DNA of 64,000 nt from Magallana gigas (GCF_963853765.1 NC_088860.1:16244001-16308000); one strand, 5' to 3'. Positions 33,901 through 44,799 are shown, counted from the stretch's first letter. Made by a program: numbers and translations. The notes: a model not told the origin generated them from the letters alone.

Positions 33901-36900
33901 TCTATCCCTGACCTCTGACCCTGGTCTACCCCTCACTGGGCATGTAATGTGGTGTCCACTAGAACAGCAGCAGTTCAGACCCCAGCATCCCTGATGTCCA
34001 GACATATTACATACCTATGTTTATCCATGTGTGCATACATTTACATGAATCTATATATTTGCTGGAACCCCTTTTCTTTCTGAGGTAGGATACCAGCTCT
34101 ACATGTATATTTAATATCATGAGTACCTTGTTTTCGTAAACTTGGTTGCACAACATTCATGTTCTGTAGAGTATAGGGTTTACATGTATAGAACATGTGT
34201 ATGTATAGATGCGCTTCTTTGTTTGCATGAATGGGTTTGAAGATAAAAGGATTTTGCCTTAAAGTCAGTTTTTGTAAAGTTTTGAATAGATATACCGGTA
34301 ATTTATGATAAATCTGTATAGACAACTTATTTCAGAAACACATTCATAATTATTTACCAAGCATATTATCTTAACATTAAATTTGTATTAATTATGGTAA
34401 TTATTTATGCTCCTTTTTTTTATTTCTAGCATATTTGATAAGAATAGCAAAGTATGTTAATTAACGGTGGTTTAAATTGTGTTTTTTAGGATCAGAAAGT
34501 TGCTGTGGATGATGACAATGGTACATTTGCGAAAAGATCTTCCTATCTCAAACTTATCCAGAAAAAGGTACTGTATGTTGAGTTATATATAATATTACTG
34601 ATAATTTGAGTTATACAATCATTTCTACTAACTTATTTTAAACAAGTTTGATATTCATTTAGAGCAAAATGAAAAAAAGTACAAATATGTTATATTATTA
34701 TATTCCTATTTCTTCAGAATCTCCTATTCATTGATTTCATTCCATTACATTTCTCAAAATGTAGGCTAAGAACCAAGATGTGTACCAAAGAACCAAAATT
34801 TGGCAATACAGTTCCATAGTGGGTTAAATCAGTATGCTGTGACATACTCCAGCAATGTCGTAAAAATTAGTCAAAGGGTGTCAAGTACCCTTAAAGCCAA
34901 TGTATGAATGATTTCCATTTCCAGTTCCCAGAGAAGACCATAGCTCTGGTCAGTGTTCAGCCTAAATATGGCCAGTCCCAGGTGTTGTGGAACCAAGAAG
35001 TTTGTCTTAACGAGGAGGATGTGACAGTTAGTTATGCAGATATCACATCCTGGTTTGATCCCAAAACAGGCAAAGTGGCCTACAATTCAAGCAAGTTTAT
35101 ATTCATCTATACAAATACCTGTAATAACGTCAGTCGGTTATTGCCATGTTCTGCTAATTGCATCTTTTTTATTGAAATTGATATTTTGTCTTGTGTAAAT
35201 AAATTAATATATTAAAAGGCTTGTTTTACATTCATAGTTCATACCATTGGTATACATGTAGCCTCACAAGGAGGGATTTTATATTTGCATTGTGATTTTG
35301 ACTGCTGTTTAATTACCTATAAATTATAGATGAGGTACCTGATGAAGAGGAAGGATATAAACTATTTCATCATGAAGCACATCTTGAGAACTTTTCAGCC
35401 TTCAAGGTATGGAAATAAATTACATGTATACATTCTAAAGCCTCTTTTTATGACTGTAGTACATGTACATCCCACCCTTGGTCGTGGGGTGTTTTTTTGT
35501 TCTTCGATTTTTTTTTATATGAAACTTGAATCTTTTTTTCCCTCAAAACCTTACATGAAGCCTAGAAATAAAAACTAAACAATTTTGAACATAAATTGAA
35601 GAGAAAATATTGCCAACAAGACTTTACAAATGTAACATCTATAATTATCTTGAGTTATCTTCCTTGTTTCAGTTTGATATTCCAGGTCTGTTGATACAAA
35701 TAGAGAGTATCTACACAAAGTCTGACAATGGACTTAGCCTGAGACATGGGATTAAGGATATTTGTGTTCACTGGAATGAACAGAACCCCATAGGAAGAAT
35801 CATCTTTGTTCAGTTCGGTAGTTATACTTTCAGAGATTTAAGGCAGTATGAGCTGTTATTTATAAATAATCAATTTTACAATAACTTAAGTATTTTCCTT
35901 TAGAATAAGGATATTATAATTACAATAAATGTAATTTAAAGATCACAGATTTAATGTTATATTGATGGAAAACAAGATTTTCATAGTTTTTAATGGAAGG
36001 CTTGAGCAAAAGTGATAATCATATTTTTCTGTTTGTCATGGTGCATGTCCATGATTTATTCAGCAGGTTTTGCTGAAAGAGATAAAACTATAGTTTTATA
36101 GATTTGTTCACTGACAGTATGTGCAACATTTTCTTGTGCATAGTATCGTACATAAAATCATATACTTTTACAAAATGTGGGCTTGTTCATCTCTTTTGAT
36201 AAATAAATATATTTTTAGGAAACAGAGAACCAATGGATGAGATCAGACTTTTACTGACAAAGTTAGCAAAACAGGTAAGGTGAGAATATGCTAAGTTTGC
36301 TTAGACTAATAATTTACAGCTATCTTTTTTGTTTACCAGACGTAAAATTTTACAGGTAACCCCAGTCCTATGATGAGGAGAACAAATATAATGCAGTTAA
36401 AAGATGAATGTATAATATATGTATCATTGGATCTCTTACAATATTAAAAGAAGGTATAAACTATAAAAATACATATACAACTTGACGCTTTACTATAAAC
36501 TCATAAGTTTGTCTATAGTACATCACATTGATACTATTCTTTTTGGGTTTTATCTATCACTATAATCTTGATTTTTACATAAGGCAATGATATGAACAGT
36601 TTCAGGAGAACATTTGATTTTGTAGCTGGATTTCCCATTTTACCTGTTCCACATCTCAGAGCAGACTGCTGCCACTCCTTATTCGGAACCTCCCAATCCA
36701 GGAATTCTTGCATTTTTACAGAAGAGACACTGTCTGTTTCTGCACAGCACAGTAAGTGGTTTAATGTTGAAAGAGAGATGTAAACAGTAGGTAATCCATT
36801 GATAGACAGTATCTATAGGTTTACTATTGATAGCGGTACCATGTACTTTCAATAGGTTTTCTTACTGCCCACTCTATTCAATTTACATGAATGAAATGAA

Positions 36901-39900
36901 AAATTGTTTTAACCTGAAGGATTTTGTTCTTGAACTTCTGCTTTTTTCCAGAAAACCTTGTACATCTACCAGACTCAGAATCACATGAAGATGGCTCAAG
37001 CTGCTGGTGTCTACTGTGTTAAGGTACCTTAGGATGTTTTCTCTATCTTTTCTAGCTTTGTTAAATAAGATTTTTTCTCTAGCTGTGTTAAATGAGATGT
37101 TTTCTCTAATCCTTAGCTTTGTTAATAAGATGTTTTCTCTAGCACTGTTAAATACTTTAAAAAAAAATTACAATTTTTAAAATCTATTTCATGAAAAAAA
37201 TGCTTTGTCTTTAGCAACAAGAATGTTTTAGGCAAAAATAAATGTACGTGTATTTAAAATCATTGCAGATCACACAGGTTCTTCATAACACAGCATTGGT
37301 AAGTGTAATAATTTTTTCTGATTTACTGAATCTTTAAAAAAAATTCTGCTTATATGTTGCTTTGAACTGGTCTCTTTCGATAGTTGAGTAAAACATCACA
37401 GTACATTAATTTTGTTCTGACCTTAGGTCAACGGCAGTCATGTGATCACACGATCACCCGTCCCGGATTTCCTCAGAACCATGGAGATTTTACCAAAGTC
37501 CCAGACACCTTCTAGGATCCCCAGTCTGCCTTGTGTTACACAGGACAGAGATTGGTTGAACAGTTACATGAGATGTGAGCTTCCCCAGGGAAGGAAGGAA
37601 TTCATTTTTGCCCAAGATATTGATACTGTTTTGAGGTATGCCAAAGTCATATTGTACATACTGGTATACATATAAATATAAAATTGTAAAGTTTCAGGTA
37701 CTGTATTTTATAATTGTTTTAGCTACCAAGAGCTTTATCAGAGTTGTGTAACCAAACTGACAAAGCCTGAATGTATCTACACTCAAAGCAGAGGTGGAGA
37801 GGAGGAGCCCAAGGTAGACAATAACACATCACTGAATAGCTCCACCAGAAAGCTGCCATCTTGGATGTTGGGAAAGGAAGAGGCCACGCCAACCAAACTG
37901 TCACTGGACAGGACTGATAGTTCCAGCTCTACAGATGGACTCGGCAGGTACCTGTAGAGGGTTTACTGAAACAATGTATGAATGGAAAGGGGGGGGGGGG
38001 CATAGGACACAAAATTTAATTTTTTATTCATATAGACCAGAAGATAGAAAAATCTTTTATTTTTGTTAATTATCAAGTTTTTTGTAAGACGTACATTTAT
38101 TTGAATATTTATGATTGATGGGAGTTGATTTAAATCAACTCTCCTATGCACTTACTTGGGCAAAGCAAAAGTGAAACAGTGTTTGGACCTAAGCACAAAT
38201 CAATACAGCTGACAACACTTAGTTCTTAAAAATAATCTATAAATTCGATGCTATGTATTCTGAAGCATTGTTTTTCAAGAAAACTTATTTATTAATACCA
38301 TGAAAATAGTAAGATTTTAAATTGTACAAACAGTTTAGATATTTTTTAAAGTCGTATGATTCCTACGCTAGAGTTCAATGTAGTCTTGTTCAACCAGACA
38401 CTTGGCTGTCTCCGTTAACATTCTAGCCTAAGTCACGCAAGCCGTTTGACTCCCCACTCAAACGTTTGTTGTAGAAAGTATTTACAAACGTCAAGGTGAA
38501 CTAGACTAATAATATCCAACAAAACAGAGTCTCTCTTCCTTGTCGGAGATAAATGGAGACAGCCGAGCGTTTGGTTGAACAAGACAAGAGTTCAATCTTG
38601 CCTGGATCCATACAATTTCTCAGAAATATTTCGATTACTGATACTTCTTGCCATGCAAAATCACATCATTGATTTTGAATAAATGATAATCGATAAAATC
38701 AACTCCCATCAGTACTTCAGTACTTTGATATATTTACATTTGTTGATACATTGTTACAGAAGATGGAATTTTTTATTTTAAGAATGATGAATTTAAATTT
38801 TAAGATTTAACTAGTACATGATGCAAGAGGTGAAGCTAATCGATTTATTTTTTTAAGGCAAACATTTTATATAATGAATGAGGAAGAACTTCTAGAAGTT
38901 GCCAAAGACGTTTTGAAGCAGGTAAAAGTTATATGAATATTAGCTTTGTTTTTCATATTCAATTACTGGAAATCGTGAACCTCAGTATTCTGTTGTCATC
39001 AAAATAAATTAATTCAATACAAGATGTTTAAACATACAAATTACAGGCAGGAAAGAACACAGTTCTGAGATATGTTTGTGCAGAGTCTGACATTGGCAAT
39101 AAAACATGGAATAAGAATGGTAAAAATAAGATTGACCCAAAATCCTACAAGCATCAGAATCTCAATGTAAAAGGGAAATCGGCCATTGAAGAGCAGGAGA
39201 GTGACAAGCCTGGCCCAAGTGGATGGAAGCCTAGGAGGGGATCAGGGTTGAAGCCCATTGATAAATCAGAGTTGGACAGACCACAGCAAAAGAGGAGGGG
39301 TGCTGGCAGCAAATGTACCTTACTGGACGACCTGATGGGGGAGACAGGGGTTAGGAAGGCCAGCCCTTGCAAAACTAGGTGAGGGTAAAGATATTCATCT
39401 GTTGCCCTATTGGGCGTGTATTTTCTTGATTTCCAGGCCAAACATATTGTATAGTTTTATAAATTATGACTATTTTTTTGTTGTGTTTGTATTTTATGAA
39501 GAGCCCGGAAACTAGCTTTAATAACGTTTATTTAATATTTGACCTTTAATACCTCTAGATATCAACCTAAGAATAAAGAGGAAGAGAAGGAAAGCCATAT
39601 GTCATCATCAGCTTCAAAATTCAAACCCACAAGTAAGAGGGGTGTCAAAAAAACTCTTGACTTTTTGGAAAAGGGTGATGATCAATCCACATCAATTGGA
39701 TTAAAAACCATGAGTGGTGCCTCAAAAGAGACAGCGTTAAGGGACCTAAGTGAGATATGTGTAAGAGGCAGCTCAGAGGAAATTCTCCCAGATTCCCTAG
39801 AACCTTATCCTTCTGATCTGTTTCCAAGCACACGTGTTAGTTCAAACGAAACTAGAAGAAGGACAGTTGGATTTAAGGACTCTGAAAAATCACCACGGAC

Positions 39901-40048
39901 AGTGAATCCGCCGGTCAAAGACTCAAAAAAGAGGACATCCGACTCTGATGAAAGACAAACACGTAAAGTTAGAAACACAGGTGTGAAAAGTGAGCAGATC
40001 CCATCAAATAAACCCGACTTGTCTGTTTTAGATGAGATATTTTTCTGA
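27976..40048 (+). CDS. Pseudo-polynucleotide kinase/phosphatase fused to a CYREN/MRI-like C-terminal module, 15 exons, about 749 aa
   Basis: Exons: 27976-28023, 30262-30393, 34490-34567, 34925-35090 (GC donor), 35330-35406, 35673-35817, 36219-36274, 36626-36751, 36952-37023, 37269-37298, 37427-37635, 37723-37947, 38858-38921, 39047-39378, 39559-40048. Phases consistent, 2250 nt. Motifs: HGPPFSGSDVYYEKHF (P-loop-like), KVAVDDDNG, FDIPGLLI, EPPNPGIL, MAQAAGV (HAD-like), RKLPSWML, TFYIMNEEELLEVA, LSVLDEIFF-stop. Exon 1 is inferred from its P-loop alignment and phase. Confidence 0.78.
29201..29595. repeat. Cluster of palindromic GGCCCCGGGGCC-ended MITE units
   Basis: Repeated foldback units GGCCATAAAACTTAGACGAGCTCACTTTTGATCTCAGTCTCAC and their reverse complements; another partial copy at 30994-31090. 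Confidence 0.7.
29781..30234 (+). mobile_element. TRIM with tRNA-derived LTRs (Helenus/TRIMp3-like)
   Basis: LTR1 29781-29945 and LTR2 30062-30234 (TGTAGTAG...CTACTACA, roughly 90% alike). PBS TGGTGCTGTGGCC at 29948-29960, PPT AAGGAGAGAGGAA at 30049-30061, 116-bp non-coding interior. Each LTR has a tRNA-like A/B-box segment (29827-29899, 30096-30167). Confidence 0.88.
30443..30560 (+). repeat. LTR-like direct repeat, 5' copy (partner at 33853)
   Basis: Begins TGTAGTAAA; shares TCCTCAATACCT, CCTGACCTCTGACCCTGGTC and ACTGGGC with the 33853 copy. Confidence 0.65.
31443..33623 (+). CDS. Intronless TatD-family nuclease with N-terminal extension and C2H2-like zinc finger, 726 aa, nested in an intron
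   Basis: TatD motifs FDSHFHLD, LGVHP, GETGLD, LHLRG, VHCFTG, LETDSP and NTPAFI. Finger CPFLGC...RHAQSKH. TATA-like TATATAAA at 31335-31342 and ATTAAA near 33830. Confidence 0.9.
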   Translation: MSFSYKTWQLERLNSSIRQERGEDYVDYVRRNTSTRRLVDPERLVHGLANLNDGTPHRTICNVILHQYELARDVGDWRWIEALRRECSTILCSARWVDDHLPSLVHEAHSQKRVRPSVNASSATSASMCVDIHLRSNLDLQFERENAVDGKHQTPYVNPVMEASAYRHGFSNERPVSTREDPYLTENFHFDKTKPKTTISAHIVEANEGSMEIPSKRVRLDCDDQELTQEVTLQFPSSFQRCPFLGCDVREKKIKRHAQSKHLPRIFNDIKPIRSLDDKSLCQFQMSALSSLVKSALGPDADLLSAVDYLNCSNIIPSNAVVHVDTASSMHRLCSYQGWTEPSEGFRLSPINSPAVLVHWRCLVALMSLLQPMQCEEFRVHGRVITDMQSVTNTSDIGGSDVNTLTEDKFKAVDVHYGSDFEIPHQSAPHVVSHSKTNALEVQESYTSNVNEAFDSHFHLDHTCARIWGHYSPSGNTMEDLHSVINQSSFQPKLKVNIVGGVINYSEPSAHPEFIQAGGSWGIALGVHPKHVSELTAEKLLRLKNLLNHPSVVGLGETGLDRTVPVKLWRQQEKVFRQVLSLVRQNKVLILHLRGTPADRIGIDVHARCMQILKKFCGYTQPIHVHCFTGDTELVTEWMSNFSNVYFGFTGAVENFSSDQVAGLQSVPLNRILLETDSPSMRPGGGNINTPAFIGDVASLVASKLQIPEHHLLKETVQNGRRLYGC
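33853..33970 (+). repeat. LTR-like direct repeat, 3' copy, preceded by a purine tract
   Basis: GGAAAGGAA (33844-33852) lies immediately before TGAAGTAAA; about 80% similar by eye to the 30443 copy over about 90 bp. Confidence 0.65.
38380..38586. mobile_element. MITE with ~35-bp TIRs and 10-bp TSD (MULE-like)
   Basis: GTCTTGTTCAACCAGACACTTGGCTGTCTCC versus GGAGACAGCCGAGCGTTTGGTTGAACAAGAC; AGAGTTCAAT at 38370-38379 and 38587-38596. Confidence 0.8.
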
Positions 40049-40474
40049 ATAAAATCTTTTTTAATATTTACCAAAGTTTGCATTTTCAATTAAAATTTAG
40101 GTTGCTATGGAGAAATTTCTTTTATATAAAATAAGTTAAGATTAATAAAAGTATGTTAAACATTGTTTATGTCGACCAGAACGTTTCCAAGAAGGGAAAG
40201 CAACTTCTTCTGTATTTGGAATTTACTGCAACTGAACTGAAATATGACGTCAGTCCGTGCATTTCATGTTTTCATTTTAGATAAAAGCTATGATCAACCA
40301 TAAAATAATACACACATAGGATACTTCTATATCATGAACAGCGACAACAATAAACTCTAACAATGCAATCAGTGCTTGATTAAACGTTGTCATTTGATAC
40401 AATGAAGTCATTTGATACAATGAAGACTGCTTTAAGCAATTTCAAAACATAGGTAATCAAAGATTACAAAGCTC

Positions 40475-43400
40475 TGTAGCAACCTCTAATGATACAACGT
40501 CCACTAATGATATAATGTTGCATTAGTGGTCAGGATGTTGACCACTAATGATATAATTTTATCATTAACGAACAACCTAACCGTCTACTAATGATATAAT
40601 TTCAGATTTATATCACTAGTGGTCAAAAACCGTAACCTCTAATGATATGGGAAAAAAGTTAGAAATAAGTACTATCTTGACCACTAATGATACACATTTG
40701 AACACATTTTCAATTGCATTAGTGGATGGATTTGCAACCTTTAATGATATAATATGATAAAAGATTATATATNNNNNNNNNNNNNNNNNNNNNNNNNNNN
40801 NNNNNNNNNNNNNNNNNNNNNNNNNNNNNNNNNNNNNNNNNNNNNNNNNNNNNNNNNNNNNNNNNNNNNNNNNNNNNNNNNNNNNNNNNNNNNNNNNNNN
40901 NNNNNNNNNNNNNNNNNNNNNNNNNNNNNNNNNNNNNNNNNNNNNNNNNNNNNNNNNNNNNNNNNNNNNNNNNNNNTAACAACAAAAAATATCAATTAAA
41001 GTTGGTTGAATTAAAACTACTTAAACTATAGGGATCATGTCGTTGTAACAAAGAATATTAATCCAAGTTAAGAATTGACACGCGTTTTATTTTTCAACAT
41101 TGATTATTGATTGGGGAGGGGAGAGGTGATGGGGTTGGGTGGGGGGAGGGGACTTTTCTAACGTTGAAAACTGAGACCAAAAGTCGTGAAATGTATACCC
41201 GGATTTCATTTTATCAACGTTGATTATTGATTTTGGATATTTGGGGGGGGGGGGGGCTTTTCTGAACTACAGGTTTTTGTACTGTCCCTGAAATGGAACT
41301 TGCTCTTCGCAATTATTATGTATCTGATAAAAAATTTCAGCTCCATATTTTAATTCCTAATATTGTCCGATATTCATGCCGATATGGATTTTTGTTTCTG
41401 TTTTTTTTTTTGTTTCTTTATTTTCCCGATAGCAAGAGTTTGTTATTAAGACTAAGAACCCTGTCTCTTGTTGTTAAACTGTGTAGATAGAGTTAAAAGG
41501 AATATATGTCAAACAACATCGTCCCAAGCTATGGTCCGGAGTCTGTTTATATATATATACCCCTCTCAATCATGATCGTTCATGTGGGCCGTGGTTTGCT
41601 AAGATTGCCAAACCCATACCGGCCGTTTATGTTATATTTCCGGTAAATCGCTTCAACTTTAATTTATTTTGAGAAGTCATGATAATTAACTGACAGCACA
41701 ATAATGAACAGTTGTCATAGTTTTATCAGACAAGTCGCGATCAGCGATTATTCAATTAATTTAACTTAACAATAACTTTTCTTAAACTTGCAAGATTAAC
41801 AATAATAAATGATGAATAATAAGCTACTGATCTTGACAGAAAAATAATATTGTGTTCAGTACAGATACAAACACTACACAGAAACTTTTTCGTGGGTGTT
41901 TTTAGGGAGTATTGGACATTATTGACGCATTCGCCGGCGTAACGAAGAATCTTGACTCGGGTTGAAATTTGACCAGGCTGATGAAGCTAGCAGCCATTAA
42001 GCAGCCACTAAGCCCGCAGAAGCTAGCAGCCAATAAGGAAATTCATCAAAGTACTGAGAGTACTCGCACAGAAAATTATATTTCACTTAATTATCGACAT
42101 TTTTTAATTAATATCAAAATGATTAATGCTCAATGAAAAATTTGTACGAGCATTGACGACATTCGAAGCAGTAAAGCTCGCCTGGATAAGAGTTATAAAT
42201 GCGTCTTTGTTGGATAGAAATGAAATAAGTCTATACGGGTCATAAGTTATAAAAATAATGTTATCCTTAGTGTAGTCTTATTGATACAAATAGAAAAAAT
42301 ATATGCATCGTATAAAGTGATATTATGATATAAAAGATTGATTATGATATTATGATATAAAAGAATTTTGACCCGGATATCATTTTTCAACGTTGAACAA
42401 TTGATACCAATGTCGTGAAATTTTTCCTGTGTCAGTTTTCAACAGCTTGAAAAATATTTTTCAAACTTCTAATGACATCGACACGTTAAAAACTGACCCT
42501 GTTGAAAATTGACTCCGACTTCAGAGTTTTGAACTGTCTTCGAACAGAAGTGTAACTTGCTCTTCACAGTTTAATTGTACATGTGTGTACTTAAAAGTTT
42601 CGGTTTCAAAACTTCAACTCTTTCATACTATCCGCTATATTTGCCGTCTTCAGTAATTTGACATTTCAAAGGTTGATTTTTCCGACTTCAATTATTTAAG
42701 ATTTCATTAGAATGAAAACGTGGTATGTAGCAACCTCTAATAATACACCGTCCACTAATGATATAATGTTGCATTAGTGGTCGGGATGTTGACCACTAAT
42801 GATAAAATTTTATCAAACCCGGGTCAATTTACAACCCGGGTTAACATTCTTTGTTACACCGACATAATCACCATTGTTGAAGTAGTTTTAATTCAACCGA
42901 CATTAATTCATATTCTTTGCTGTTCTAATATATAATTAGCAAACCCACATATTCAACTGTACAACAGATTAGTGATTCAATTGTGCTACAGACCACAATA
43001 GCAAATAGTCTTATGAATTGGACCTTTTTATGCTAATAAAATCCCGCTAAAAGTTTAACAATAATTTTTTAATATCGTAAAATTGCTTTTCTTCAAATTT
43101 TCTTCAACCTAAAATATTTAGCACAAGTCCTTTTTGATTAAAGCTGACATGAATTCATTAAAAACATTTGGTCGCCATATTAGTTCGATCGCTCCTCTAC
43201 TGCCACTGGGGTATATATACCGGTTGAGAAAGTTACGGTCGGTTGCTTTCCGAGCGAGGCATTCACGTTGCACGGACTTCAAAATGCATGAACTACACAT
43301 TGTAGTAAAATGTAGTAATAAAGAAAACAACAATCAATGAAATACAAAATATATTTATTCTTTGAAAGGATGTCCAAGGTGTGCGTATTATTTTGCACAG

Positions 43401-44709
43401 ACAGTGCTGCCTTACTTCGCATGCACATCGAACACGTGTGTCGTTCATACAAAGTGCATAACGTCTGCATTTTCTTGAAAACCCCGGCGACACTACATCC
43501 AACACAGTAGCTGAATGAAAATAAATCCAAGAAAGTAACAACGTTTCCATACGTTCCTACAAAATCGCCCCGTTTCTAAAATCCATGCGATAATTGACAT
43601 TGCTCGATCTGCCACAGTGTGTCGTTTGCGCATGTGCGATGTTATAACATACACAGGAAAACGGTCTACAAAGTATCGAAGTATCTGCTCCTGGATTTCA
43701 GTTTGTTTTGTTTCGTAGTTTATTGGATATATCTTGGCAGTGCAGTGGTTGCCATATTATTTTTGTTCAAAACGCGTTTTTACAAGTCTTTTCGTCCAAG
43801 GTAACGTGTTCGGGTGTATGAAATTCCTGAATGCGGCGAAGCATGAATAGTGCTCTCGGCCTTATATAGGGGGTGTGTAGCGATGAGCAGAACAATAGAA
43901 GTCGACAACTAATATGGCGGTAGTCGGAGATAAAAGGGAAATAATGCGTATTTATGAATTCATGTCAGCTTTAATGATAATAAATTTGGAAGTAAACAGA
44001 AGTCATAAATTGTATGTATTTTGTCTGTATGCGACTATTTCAGTTCAAGTAAAAAGGCAAAATATCAGGGGCAATGTCAGAATGGTGTATTTTACAATAA
44101 AGGACTATATATATGATCAAATAACTGCCCCCCCCCCCCAAAAAAAAAATAATTTTTTAACCAATTCTTATGTAGTATCGTATCAAAATCAAATCTTTAT
44201 CCAACGTTATACAGAGGTTGTCTAACATATTATACTCAACATTAGTCACCATTGTCCCTGACCTGTCCATCTATGACGTCACTTAAGCAATTTTTTTTTC
44301 CAAATGTAAATATCGTCATTTTTCCTTGATACTTTGCCTTTGTAAGTACATGTATAGAGCACAGGCATACTCAAATACGATTTAACATTTCGAATATATA
44401 TAAATATGATTTTATATTAAATTATATCATATTATATCATTAAAGGTTTCAAATCCATCCACTAATGCAATTGCAAATGTATGCAAACGTGTATCATTAG
44501 TGGTCAAGATAGTACTTATTTCTCAATTTTTTTTCATATCATTAGAGGTTACGGTTTTTGACCGCTAATGATATAAATCTGAAATTACATCATTAGCGGA
44601 CGGTTATGTTGTTCGTTAATGATAAAATTATATCATTAGTGGTCAACATCCTGACCACTAATGCAACATTATATCATTAGTGGACGTTGTATCATTAGAG
44701 GTTGCTACA
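40475..44709. mobile_element. ~4.2-kb non-autonomous DNA element with ~290-bp TIRs, TG...CA ends and 6-bp TSD
   Basis: TGTAGCAACCTCTAATGATA... (40475-40770) mirrored at about 44410-44709; subterminal CCACTAATGATA repeats; AAGCTC at 40469-40474 and 44710-44715. Contains the assembly gap. Confidence 0.8.
40773..40976. other. Assembly gap (204 N)
   Basis: N run. Confidence 1.
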
Positions 44710-44799
44710 AAGCTCACCGAGACGAGACATCACCCTTATGAGACTTCACCTTTATGAGACCACCTTTATCATATTAAATGAAAATCATACTTTATGATC

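Noticed and set aside
40719-40999. ORFs spanning the N run
   Set aside because: Assembly-gap artefacts.
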